A stretch of DNA of 64,000 nucleotides from Octopus sinensis (lineage: Eukaryota): NCBI RefSeq assembly GCF_006345805.1, contig NC_043005.1:50840001-50904000 (forward strand). The letters run 5' to 3'. Made by a program: the position numbers and the translations under genes. Position 1 is the first letter of the stretch. Every line of letters begins with the position of its first letter. This document shows, piece by piece, positions 26,759 to 39,139 of the stretch. The notes below the pieces were generated by a model. It made no database searches. It saw nothing but the letters and a program-made list of their open reading frames with translations, and was not told the origin of the DNA.

Positions 26759-27170
26759 ACAATGTATGTATGTATGTATTTGTGTGGTGTGTATGTATAT
26801 GTTTGTGTGTGGGGGGGAAGTTTTGGACGTGTGGGTGGCGTCTTAGATAGAGGTGTGTGGGTGTATATGTGTGTGTTTGCATTTGTAAATCTATCGCAGA
26901 TGTCGACCAAGAATACCAACATTGGTGAAGAACATAAACATTGGCCAGAAAACTGAGAAACCAGTATTTTTACAAACGAATTCTTTTGAGATATTTGTGC
27001 TGCCATCGAGATACAAAGACAGTGACAGGTGCACCTAAAATCTGCAGCTACCGACGCTATTATTCACCAGTTCGCACTTCCAATATTAAATCAAAAATGA
27101 AGTCCAGAAATCGAAATAATCTCCTAGGGAATACACTAAGGTGTCACAGCAGCAGGAGCTGTAGTAGTAA

Positions 27171-27231
<61 letters not shown>

Positions 27232-28022
27232 CAGTGATGCTTATAGATTGCTACACCCGGAATGTTGAAAAAGTTTGAAAACTTGAGATCACTGATACAA
27301 ATAGCAGACAGAACCTCCCTTTAAAACGCAGGAACAAAAGTCAAGGAAAAGCACTTCAGTGTTATCAGCCAATCGCTGCAAATTGAAAAGATCTCGTCTT
27401 TAAAGCCACCCAGTGAATACAATGGACATTTAACATATTAGTTCGCCTCAGCGAGGCATATTCCGCTTGGTTGGCAAGATTTGGAATTGATCAGCATATA
27501 TGTGAGAAGGAATATTGTGAAGCTGATTCTCATCTCAAAAGACTGAATCATATCTGTTCCAGAGTCTTCCACAAGTCGGCTTTGAAGACAAGATCTCCCC
27601 ACGATGGTATTGTCTTTATTTCCCAGAAATTTTGATTGATTGAAATTGATGGAATTTTCTCCATCGGTTGTTATTTTTAAATGTTAAGCGCTCTTAAATG
27701 AAATTTTTATTTTGTTAGTTGCAGAAATAATCCGAATCCATTTTTAACTCACTAATTTATATATATATATGTGACCTTACAGATTATGTATGTACATATT
27801 ATGCAGAATATCCCTCTGGACTACGTATTTTCCGCTACATTGTAGATAGTCACTGAGGATTTCAGCCTACCTACTGTAATAAATATTTTAGCCCTCTTTT
27901 TATCAAGTATTACAACCCATTTATATCTACGTGTATGCATGTGTGCATTTATGTACGTTTGTATGTATGTATGGTTTTATGCTTGTTAACTTAAACCAGA
28001 TGCCAATATAGTATATTTTAAG

Positions 28023-28450
28023 ATACTAGTCCGGGTTTTACAAGGTGACATTCTTGCACCATTCTTATTTATAGATAAAGGAGATATAATGTGAGAACAG
28101 CTATCGAAGAATATAAAAATTTGGGATACACTCTAAAGCCAAAAGTTAGTCGAAGATATTCAATCATGACTATCACGGATACAGACCATGTAGGTAATAT
28201 AGTGAATATCTATTAGAAGCGACTTGATTATTTCTTAGGTACGAAAATCTTGCTAAGGATGCATCGACTAAACAAACACTGAATCTGTATTTTAAGACTA
28301 AAAAAAAAAACTGAAGAAATTCAATGAAAAAGTTTTACCTGCACCGTCTAGTAGAAGATCATAAGAAAGTTATAGAAATAAGAAATGGCTTGGATAGCAA
28401 TAGAAATAGAAAAATGGACACTTTACGGAGATAAATTGGCAATTCCTCAG
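28023..28450 (+). mobile_element. RTE-type LINE reverse transcriptase fragment, degraded
   Basis: ILVRVLQGDILAPFLFI then VRTAIEEYKNLGYTLKPKVSRRYSIMTITDTDHVGNI, resembling the RT motif GVLQGD.LAP.LF...SRR...ITD.DYADD with the YADD decayed. Confidence 0.75.
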
Positions 28451-28501
28451 TTACGACAAGAGTTCCAGTTGATTCTATATCAATGTGTTGTAATCCTTTA
28501 A

Positions 28502-28691
28502 TGTTGGATTGTTATAACGCCAACTCTGGTATACCAGTATAGTTGTTATACACGTAAGACCACGACTATCTATGACCGTCTACTTCGTACTTTGCCTTTA
28601 TACTGACCAGCATTACCTTATTTATTGCGACTAGCGTATACCACTTGTCCCGTAGGAGGGGTGTACTATTATTACTACTATCCCCACAACA
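28502..28691 (-). mobile_element. 3' LTR of the Gypsy element (190 bp, TGTTG...CAACA)
   Basis: Minus-strand polypurine tract aagaaaagctaaaagggaaa lies immediately before TGTTG at 28691; LTR ends CAACA at 28502; TATAAA at 28602-28597. Confidence 0.8.
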
Positions 28692-30580
28692 TTTCCCTTT
28701 TAGCTTTTCTTCTTTTCTTCGGGAGTGTCATTTTATTTCTTTTAATAGTAATACTTTTTAGATCACCCCATCTCCCTTTTTTGAGATTTTATCTTGGTTA
28801 CACGTTTAATGTTTTTTTTTTTCCTGTTTGGCATTCACTTCCAGGAATGCCTGAGTTCAATCACCTGTAGTAGCGTTGGTACATGAAAAGTATCATATAA
28901 CCATTCTATTGGTTCTTCCATTCTCTTGGGTTCGCTCTCAACGTATCTTCTTTTCACTTGGTTCTTATGTCTCTTGTCTATGCCTTTTCTACTTTTTACT
29001 ATATATAGCATTTTCCCTATACGTTTGGTAATAACGCAGTCTTCCCAACTCTGTTTTCCGCCCTTACATGCCCTCACAAATACCTTTTCGCTAATTTTGA
29101 AAAATCTTGCTGTATTTTCCCTTGCAATTTTTCTTTTCTTGCCCGGTAGCAATTGTCGAACACTGATTTTATTTTCCTCGCAAACATCAGCCCTGCTGGT
29201 GACATACCTGCTGGGGTATTTGTATTTGGTGTCACACGGTATACTCTTAAGAATTGTTGTAGAGCTGCCCCATCCGTAACTTCCTTATTCAACTTTCTCA
29301 GCGCTCTCTTGAACGTTTCGACAAAGCATTCTACCTGTCCGTTAGATCTGGGATGGTATGGCGCCGTAGTTACATGGTCTTTAGCGAACGTATACAGAAC
29401 TTTTTAAATTCAAAGGACAAATTGCGTTCCATTGTCAGACGCAATCGCGTCTTAGATGCCAAACCTCGCAAACAGTTGAGTTGAGGAGGTTGGTACTTTA
29501 CACTTACAAATTTCTGACCAATTAGAGAAACTATCAGCTACCACTAAGTAGTATGAACCGTTTAAAGAACCAGTGAAATTAATGTGTAGTTTCGACCACG
29601 GAGCATCTACTTTTGGCCCAGGTTCACACTTTATTGTCGGTAATTTTTCTGCTAGAGCACATCCTCTACAGCCTTTCACTAAATTTTCGATTTCTCTATC
29701 CATTTTTTTGGCCATTACATGGAGCTGCGCATTAAAACTTTCATCCTCCAAATACCAGGATGTCTAACATGGAATTGCTTCAACATTTTCTTTTGCAATG
29801 TTTCAGATATCACTATTCTCTGTACACACATCAGTACGCCATCACAAATTGACTATAGGTTCAAATCTTGGTTTCGTTTCGCACCAATCCTGTTCCTATT
29901 TACTTTTCCTGACCACAGTGTTCTTTTCACTTCTATTATAAATTTGTCCTTAACCGCATTTCGCTATATGTTTTCTGGGGTTACCGGTAATTCACGTACC
30001 ACAATCTTTTACCCGTAACACTATGTGCAACCTTCGTAGATTTACTTAATTTCGGCTTACCGATATAATTCCAAGGTTTTTCGTTTACAATGGTAATATA
30101 GCTTCTAGTGTCTAACTGCTTTTTTACTCTTATATCTTTAATTTTCACATTTACAAATTTTCTCTTTGTTATATTACCATTTTCTTTCGACGACACACTA
30201 TTCTCTTTTTTTTTTGTGTTCCAACGTTTTGTCATCTAGTATTTACAGTGCACTTTTACGTGTCCTATTTTTCCACAACGGAAGCATTGCGCTTTCTTCA
30301 GTTTTTACTCAGGTGTAGAACTCCACGTGCAAAACATGGTTTTTTTTCCCCCTGATCCTTGTCTTGTTTGTACTGTATTTTAGTACACACTTGATTTCTA
30401 TTCTGCCTATTTCGCACTTGTTTCACTTGGGAGCAATCTTTATCTTCAATTTTTTTTCTGTGTCATGTCTTAAATTTACTATTCTTTCACACTCTTCTGA
30501 CACTTGTTGTAAGGTTACAGCTTGGTTTTGTTCCAGCTTAGCGAGAATTCTTGTTCTTACTTCTATGCCTTTCTCTGCAG
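28692..30580 (-). mobile_element. Gypsy/Ty3 LTR retrotransposon internal region (gag end, protease, integrase), inactivated; RT/RNase H deleted
   Basis: Gag-like EVRTRILAKLEQNQAVTLQQVSEECERIVNLRHDT; protease-like KKQLDTRSYITIVN; integrase H..HPGI..MK...C..C, WSKLHINFTG (D to N), ASDNGTQF, HPRSNGQVECFVETFKRAL, FLRVYRVTPN, and C-terminal KRIGKMLYIV..RHKNQVKRR; many stops and frameshifts. Confidence 0.92.
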
Positions 30581-30611
<31 letters not shown>

Positions 30612-30789
30612 CTGAGGTGATAGAGAGCATGATTTCAAAGAAATTTGGCTATTATTTCTAGCATGTTGATCGACCGCAGAGAGTTACGTCTCATCCCGGA
30701 GTTTCATCAGTTCACATCCTTACCGTCTTTTGGTTATCCTAATTGCCAGACATTAGCTGTTCAACAGCCATGCAGCCATTTTTAGACAT

Positions 30790-30990
30790 ATGCATACAAC
30801 TACTACTACTACTACTATTACTATTACAACTGCTGCTGTTACTACTACTACAACTACTTCTACTGCTGCTACTACAACTACTTCTACTAATACTACTACT
30901 GCTACTACTTATATTGCTGCTGCTACTACTACAACTAAACTACTACTACTGCTGCTGCTACTACAACTACTGCTGATACTACTACAACTA
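30790..30990. repeat. (ACT/GCT)n trinucleotide low-complexity tract
   Basis: Direct reading. Confidence 0.9.
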
Positions 30991-31153
30991 CTGCCACAGC
31001 GAATCCACGAACGATCCTGTTTATCCCTCAAATCACACCCATGAGAGAAAAATGAAACGACAGATAAAAACGAAACGAGAGGATTACAGCGGGAAAGCCC
31101 TTGATCATTGGACCTGCTACTCATTTGGGTTGTACATAGCCATAAGAATCACT

Positions 31154-31190
<37 letters not shown>

Positions 31191-31495
31191 GCTGCTGCTG
31201 CTGTTTCACAAACCGCTATGTAGGTGATGTTCACCAATAATTCATGAGATAATGTTCCTCATCCATCACACAACGCACACTCTTCAACTTCGATATCAAT
31301 AGAACCGAAAGGAGAGCTATGTGGTAAAGGGAGTTAATTTACACGTAGTGGTGCTAATTGATGCTCAGGCTGTGGCATATATAGAATGGGGATGCAAACA
31401 CCTATATATATGTGTGTGTGTGTATGTGTGCGTGCGTGTGTGTGTGCACATATACACGTATGTTTGTGTGTGTGTGCATATATATATATATACAT

Positions 31496-31532
<37 letters not shown>

Positions 31533-31534
31533 GA

Positions 31535-31583
<49 letters not shown>

Positions 31584-32629
31584 ATGTATACACGCCACAT
31601 ATACCACCGACAAACATATACATATACGTAGATGCACACACACACACACACGCTGACATATGCACATACATTAGAAGAGAGCTATACATGTACACACCTA
31701 TAGTCGAACACATATTCACATATATGAATCAACACTTACAATGATATGTATTTACCATACATCCATCCATCTATCCATACATACATACATCCATACAAGC
31801 ATACACATAGAGAGACAAAATGTTATACACGTGTATATTTAAAAGAACTATTGAAGCCGAAAACGACATACCAAATTGGTTTGCTATGGCATACATAAAT
31901 CTTGTAACCTGCTACAAGGATGTTACATGCATAAAACATTATCTATAAGCTTTACACAGGCTATCTCGATTGTACACTTCAAAGAACATTGAGAGACGAA
32001 CAAGACAATGATTGCTGAGCAAAGCAGGTAGAAAGAAGAGGGTGTAGCGCTGCGTCGAAGAACATTTAATAAAAGTGTCTGCTGTCTGAATTCAAAACCA
32101 AAATGTAGAAGCACACTAGAGGAATCTTGTTATAGTATGGGTTTGATAATATAAAAGCATTTGAGTCTTCCCTTACGGTTATTGGAATCACGTAATATCA
32201 TTACCGGTCAGACTGCCCTTTTGTTATCAAAAGGACCGCAAAGAACTGTTTAACCATTCTGATCGTCCTTAGTATTTAAATCAAAATCGTTGTCTCTGAA
32301 GCTTAGAAAAGGAATATTCCAAGAACATAGTCTGTCTGTTCTGTTTATTCTGACTTTGAATCAATTATTTCTTTTATAAAACTCAAATAGTTATATTCTG
32401 ATTTTTTTTTTTAAAATTTTGCCAACCTTTAGAAATTACTGTTTTGAATGTCAATCATCGAAATTACATTTCCTTGGAACGGAACGCAATTTTGTTGTAG
32501 GGCCACTCACGACTGGGTGATCTTGCGATCGTGAGCGTAACCCCATAACCATTAGGTCACGCGTATATAATAGGATGTGTATATAATAGGAATCAGAAAA
32601 TCCATAGTTTCTTTGTGGATGATCTAAAG

Positions 32630-32935
32630 TAATTATTTTATTCTTTTAGCGGTTTCAGTCGTAGGACTGCATCCATGCTGGAGCACCGTCTTAACTTGTT
32701 TTATTTCTTTACTGCCCACAAGGAGCCACACACAGAGGGGACAAACAAGGATAGACAAACGGATCAAGTCGATTATATCGACTCCAGGGCGTAACTGGTA
32801 CTTATTTAATTGACCCCGATAGGATGAAAGGCAAAGTTGATTTCGGCGTAATTTGAACTCAGAACGTAGCGGCAGACGAAATATCACTAAGCATTTCACC
32901 CGGCTTGCTAACGTTTCTGTCTTTCTGTCAGCTCG
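32630..32935 (-). mobile_element. SINE A 3' fragment fused to a SINE family B copy
   Basis: ccatgctggagcaccg followed by gaggggacaaacaagg...ggatgaaaggcaaag...tttgaactcagaacg...cttgctaacgtttctg. Confidence 0.8.
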
Positions 32936-32974
32936 TCACCTTTTGTTTTCTATCGGTTTGGTTTGTCGCTTTAT

Positions 32975-33496
32975 GATATGAAGTTGGTCTACGATTGAGT
33001 CCGTAGTAGCAGCTGATCTTCCCTGAATGTATCCTTGAATGGTTGGCCGGTCCAGTATCGTCGTTAGGAATTTATTCAATGTGTTTTGGGGAATTTTTTT
33101 TCAATGTTTCTGTAGAAATCCTTTTTATATTTCTAGTTTCTTTAGGTAGGCAGTTGAACAGTTGAAGACCTCTAATTATATCAAAGTGGCACAATACAGT
33201 GCTTACGCTCGAGATTTCAAAGACGGTGTATTTGAAAGCTGACAGTATCTACCAGTTCCTGCATTAAAATTCTCCAGGATGTTCCATAGCATATCTTTTC
33301 CTTCGGCGTGCAAGAGAATAGAGAGAGGGAGCTTTCAAACGTTTCCAATAATTAAAACTTTTAACCAAAGTTATTTTACTAGTGAACGTTATATATATAT
33401 ATATATATATATAAATTACAAAATATAACGTTATATCTTGAGTGACAACTCTCAAGATATACAACAGACTGGAAATAGAAGTGCTCCAATGAGCTG
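32975..33496 (-). mobile_element. CR1-type LINE 3' fragment interrupted by (TA)n
   Basis: WSTSIS...FTSKI...FNYWKRLKAPSLYSLARRRKRY...RGLQLFNCLPKETRNI...LNKFL...GYIQGRSAATTDSIVDQ; same family type as 9900-10141. Confidence 0.8.
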
Positions 33497-33842
33497 TATA
33501 CACTTTTTTTTATCCAAGGGGAGGCAATGCGAGCAACAACCACAGGAACATCACAAAATTCAAAGATAGACCAAACACATAAAATCTTATATACTAATTT
33601 ATATCTAAACAGTCCGACATTTTTTTTTTAAATTTCAAAATTCAGTAATATATAAGTATCATATACATATAAAAAAATATAAATACTGCATATAACACGC
33701 TTAAAACTGTTAGAATAAGAGAAATAAATATAATGATAATAAAATAAAAATATGGCATATCAAAAGACGAATAAAATTCCGGCGAATAGTACATAGAATA
33801 TAATACATATACAAGCTTACAAAAATATAAGATATACAGAAG

Positions 33843-33940
33843 TCCATTTACGGGCCGTTTCGGGGATGTGCCAATTAATATTAGACATATCGGTACTTAA
33901 AGTAGTACTTAAAATTGGCACTCCCCTCATCAGGATGTCC
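33843..33940 (-). ncRNA. Type I hammerhead ribozyme motif in the PLE 3' region
   Basis: ggacatc-CUGAUGA(33933-33927)-stem II gggga.gtgccaatt/aattggcac.a.tcccc-GAAA(33861-33858)-stem III ACG/GCC loop/CGU-cleavage triplet GUA (A at 33849)-aatggac; stem I only partly paired. Confidence 0.8.
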
Positions 33941-34118
33941 TATACAAACACATATAAAACATGAACAAATACACAATCACACACCGGCCATTCTCAGAAC
34001 AAGTCCTTTACGTACTCCCAGAAATGTTTTCGTCGATCCTGAATGGAACTTTATACGCAAACAATTCGCCATAGTAAACTGTATGCACACAGCGCCATCT
34101 AGACCATTTCACTTCAGC

Positions 34119-34654
34119 ACTCACTATACTCACTAAACTTAACTCAATTGATATTGCTTAGCTCATACTTTTATTGCTATTTCTATTTCTAAATTTCCTA
34201 TGGAACGTCGAGTGGATCTTATGCGTACACGCCGGTATTGCATCCGCGAACTTATTTAATTTATTTTATTTTATTTCAATTTTATAAATTCTCCCATACA
34301 TGCAAAGCCACATATTCAGGTTCGAATCCTCGACCAACAGCTATTTTTTAATAATTATATTACTTTAGTTTTATCTCGTTTACTGCTCACTATACTTACT
34401 AAACTTAATTCAATTGTTATTGCTTAGCTCTAACTTTTATTGCTATTTCTATTTCTAAATTTTCTAGCTATTTTTTAAAATAATTACATTACTTTAGTTA
34501 TATCTTGTTTACCACTCACTATACTCACTAAACTTAACTCAATTGTTATTGCTTAGCTCATACTTTTATTACTATTTCTATTTCTAAATTTCATATGGAA
34601 CGTCGAGTGGATCTTATGCGTACACGCCGGTATTGCATCCGTGAACTTATTTAA
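34119..34654 (-). repeat. Tandem pseudo-LTR-like direct repeats of the PLE 3' end
   Basis: 34119-34259 and 34514-34654 are 141-bp copies with 4 substitutions by eye; a partial third copy spans about 34339-34462. Confidence 0.9.
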
Positions 34655-35044
34655 CACTGCGTTGTTGTAATTTTTCAATATAGTATATGCCTCCCTTATG
34701 CATAAACTGCATCTAGTGGACGCAATTCTATAAGGGGAGGCATGTGCAAGGATAGCCCATGATATTTTAAATTCAACATTCCTTCCTTTAAGGTCATTAA
34801 CATGTAATGCCAATGTTGTAGAGGTCCTATATTTAGGATTGTTGAAAGAGCTCAGGTGGGATCGATACCTCTGCTTAAAGTCTACTGTGCTTCCAATATA
34901 TATTTTTCTCTGGCCTCCTTGAGCCTCAACACTACATTTATAAACTACATTTTCCTGGCGACAATTTCCGCTAATCGGACATTCTGATGGGTCCCAACAG
35001 TTACATTTCTTTAACCTGCTGCGGGGTCCCGTATTATTGATCAC
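34553..35044 (-). pseudogene. PLE GIY-YIG endonuclease domain with upstream Cys-rich linker (open for 163 codons; part of a frameshifted pol ORF)
   Basis: CNCWDPSECPISGNC..NVVYKC..KIYIGST..FKQRYRSH.SSF...TTLA...I.W.IL...Y....CSLCIREAYTI...LN...CTH. Confidence 0.9.
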
Positions 35045-36323
35045 TCCCAGTACTACGATCTACCATATCATTTACACCATCGTTCGTACTATTCTCCGGT
35101 ATAATTATTCTATTATTATTCTTACTATTACCATCCTTATTTTAATTTTTATTTTTACTAATATTTTTATTACCATTACCACTACTATTAACACCATCAT
35201 TACCACCCTGATAATCATTATAATCACTAATATCATCACCAACATCATTATTATGATTATCTCTACTATTTGCATTATTTGTCACTCCAACACAATCGAT
35301 TTCAGAAGACGTACTATTAATATTAATACCATCTTCTATGTCATTAATGAATTTTCCATTAAAGCTTCTGTCATCATTTCTATCATTATAGCGCCTTATT
35401 TTAATTCTATTCAACGAAGCAATAATAGATCCGACATTAGGAGTGACTGAGTAGGTCAGCTTGATTGTTGACTTGTTACATATTGAATAGTACTTATGGT
35501 GTTTTGGGAAATTTTCCTTCAATAACTTACAAAATAGCTTTGGTAAACCTTTCACACTTAATGAAAAGAGGGGGAGGCAAACCAAGTAACTTGACGAATC
35601 CTAGACTTAGTATTAATAGTGAGATTATGATATGTTGCTTGGCTTGATGTACTAAATGTAAGGGCACTCCTGTATCTATTACTAATATTCATATCTCTAT
35701 TACTACTAGTATTATTCTTATTCCTATTATCACCTTTATTAGACCTAAGCCCAACTTTACACCTTAATCCACATTTATGATTCATATTATTTGCAACCCC
35801 TTCCCTCCCGTTGCTGTTATCATCCATGGTATTTTCATCCTTACAAATCTCATTATTAGCCTTATTAACGTGGTTACCATTTACAAGACCAACCACATCG
35901 CATTCATTTCTCCTATTTCCAAAACTCGTTTTATCAGCATAAATATTGATCATTATTAGCTACTTGGGAACCATGAGGGGAGCAACTGCCATCCGAAATC
36001 CGTTTCATATCGTCGCTGACCATGCTGGCCAATTTAATTTTTAATTTTGTATTGTGTATGTATTCAATGTTATTTGTGAACCCACTCAATTTCAAGGCAT
36101 TGTTGTATATTGGGGCGTGTTGATTAAAGATGTTTTCATTCGCCGATAGGTTTGAGATTATGATAGATGTCGGACTGTTTAGATATAAATTAGCATATAA
36201 GATTTGTATGTGTTTGGTCTATCTTTGAATTTTGTGATGTTCCTGTGGTTGTTGCTCGCATTGCCTCCCCTTGGATAAAAAAGTGTATAAATAAATAAAT
36301 ACATACATACATACATACACACA

Positions 36324-36399
<76 letters not shown>

Positions 36400-37250
36400 T
36401 ACTGGAAATATTTACATTATTGAGAAACATCTGAATTTAATAACCTTTACAGATAATATAGAAAAGGAATTTGATCAAACCACATGCGCATAACACAAAC
36501 TGAACAGAACAGAAGACAGCTGTACCGTGAATCGGAAACCTTTCTGTCGATGATTCCTTTTGTTTCACTCAATAAGGTCAACAATTTCTCAATAATAAAA
36601 AAGCCGCTGTGAGCAAAAATAGAGAAGTAGGACAGTATAATGCGATTTTAACAAACATATCAATCAGACCATTTCTCTTACAATAAGACAATATCTCGCA
36701 ATACATTTGCAGTAATGGTACTGAATACTCATCGCCGAAATTGACGGAAGATTGGTTTGCTTTACTTAGTAACGCATGTATCGACATTTGGGATGCTTGG
36801 ACTGGACTACATAGAAAATCAGCTCAATTGAAACTAAAAGCCGCACGAATCTGACATCAACTGGATATTTCCACATTAACAACTGATGTCGACAGACCTC
36901 AAGGAAATACAGAAACAAGAAGCTTAAGATCCGTCCAGACATCCTTTGATGTATCGTAACTTAATAACCGGATAACATTTGCTAAACAACAGCAGAAGTA
37001 AAACTGACAAATCAATTAAATGCGCAAAAGTGGGTACGGTACGTTTCAGTGTATCATGAAATTTATTCAAATATATACGACTCAGTATGTTTACTAACTC
37101 CCTCTTCCTTATGTATTCTCAGAACGACCTAAACGTTTAGCTTTCATACACTCTCTTATACGAAGAATCAGTTGCGAAGCATCAGCTTCCACCCTACGGA
37201 ACACGAAGTTATTAAACTCACGAACTATACATACATCTGTATGTGTGTGT

Positions 37251-37321
<71 letters not shown>

Positions 37322-37419
37322 CGAGCTATGGGGACAGACACTGTTGATGAGTCTGCGTTTAACAGACGAAAGTTGTCTAGTCCAGTGGTTTTCCCAACTT
37401 TGCTCATTGGTGGTTATCA

Positions 37420-37589
37420 TCCTTTAGTCATTTGACAGTGGCCATGCTGGAGCACCGCCTTTTAGTCGAAGAAATTGACTTCTGGGCTTATTCTTTGTGA
37501 GTTTGGTGCTTATTCTATCGGTCTCTTCTGCCGAACCGCTAAGTTACGGGAACGTAAACATGCCAATATCAGCGACGGTACGGAGGAAA

Positions 37590-37681
<92 letters not shown>

Positions 37682-37780
37682 CGGGCTCCTTTCAGTTTCC
37701 GTCTACCAATTTCACTCACAAGGCTTTGGTCAGCCTGAGGTTATGGAAGAAGAGATTTGCCCGAACCCGGAACCATGTGG
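37420..37780 (-). mobile_element. SINE family A
   Basis: ttagtcatttgacagtggccatgctggagcaccgcc...(CA)(TA)...acgggctcctttcagtttccgtctacc...ccggaaccatgtgg. Confidence 0.88.
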
Positions 37781-37832
37781 TTTTATATATATATATATAT
37801 TATATATATATATATATACATACATACATACA

Positions 37833-37864
<32 letters not shown>

Positions 37865-38141
37865 CTGGAACAATGAAATTCGAAGCAAGTAAAGCTATAA
37901 AAGTCATGTAGATTTGGGGTTAAGAAGAATCCTTTGGATAGAAATGTTATCATCTTTACAAAAAAGTTGTCGATTTGTGTCCCATAGACTCCTTTCTTTG
38001 ACCTTTTTCTATCCAAAGTTATTTTAATGCAATATTTAACATGTTATTACTAATAGCCTCATCTGCTTCGAATTTCGCCGTTCCAAACATAAGTATTTAC
38101 TGTTATCTCGAAGTTTCCAAAGTCATATGACATCAACAATT

Positions 38142-38186
<45 letters not shown>

Positions 38187-39139
38187 TGTATGTATGTGTA
38201 TACACACACACACATATATATATATATATATTTATATATATCACAGCATCACGGTATCGAACAGACCATCGCATGTTGTTATACACTGCTAGTCACAATG
38301 CACTTCCAGTTCTGTCTTGATTGCGTCATTCTTTTCTATCTTGACTCAAATTGCTTAACTAAATCATATATACATACATACACCCTCTCTCTACCTCCTC
38401 TCTATCACCCATCTCTCTCTATCTATTCTCCCTTCTCTCTCTGTCTCTTCGTCTCTGTGTCTCTCTTATAATACATACATATACGGGCACGCACACTAAC
38501 GAACACTTATTTGCCTTCACGCGAGCGAGCAACAGGAGCAGAGAGCATACAACACGCACACTATAAATTTCCGGTCTGCGTTGTTGTACATCTCTCTACA
38601 ATATGTAGAACCAAACAATATCGACTGAGGCAAGTTTTCTCTTTGCGTGACTATATAAATTTGGGTATGCATCATCGACCGCGTGTATCTTTAACATTCG
38701 GAACTGCACTTGGCCTTTGCCTTTTTCTCTCCAGCTTTACCGACTCATTTCGAGCAGATGTCTAAATAACACAGTCGATTGTCGTATACTAAGCATTTAA
38801 TCAAAAAGAAAGAGAATAGCTATTGTCCGAATGTTTCTAGAATATTTATAAGAAAAGAAACAAAATGGAGTTCCTTGAATGGAAAATGAAATCATTCGCT
38901 AATATCATTACGTACGCCACAAGACGCCAAGGAATCAATCATTTTGTATTAAAATATATATTGAATAACAGAATTTAATTTAAAAGGATTATCAAACCAG
39001 CAATATTACCAGACCCACCACCGTGAACATGAACAACAACAACAAAAACGACACCAGTAACTACATTAACAAACACCTTGATAGTATTTAATAACAACAC
39101 GGAATTGTATATAAATTTTAGCCGCAATAACATCATTAT

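Larger units (their letters stand above)
33497..36289 (-). mobile_element. 5'-truncated Penelope-like element (probably Naiad-type) flanked by ~124-bp inverted arms
   Basis: Successive minus-strand segments ISNLSANENIFNQHAPIYNNALKLSGF (36160-36070), RIRQVTWF/PLFSLSVK..F.KLLKENFPKHHKYYSICNKSTIKLTYSVTPNVGSII (35610-35430), then the GIY-YIG ORF; hammerhead motif and tandem 3' repeats; inverted arms 33497-33620 and 36167-36289. Confidence 0.88.

Noticed and set aside
27330-27620. Short signal-peptide-like ORF MRISFTIFLLTYMLINSKSCQP on the minus strand
   Set aside because: Stops after about 31 codons, has no usable donor, and competing frames are equally plausible
35931-35936. In-frame TGA in the PLE ORF as possible selenocysteine (some Naiad PLEs are reported to encode selenoproteins)
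   Set aside because: The TGA is immediately followed by TAA, sits in the low-complexity linker at a frameshift, and the conserved Cys positions of the endonuclease region are ordinary Cys codons in an open frame
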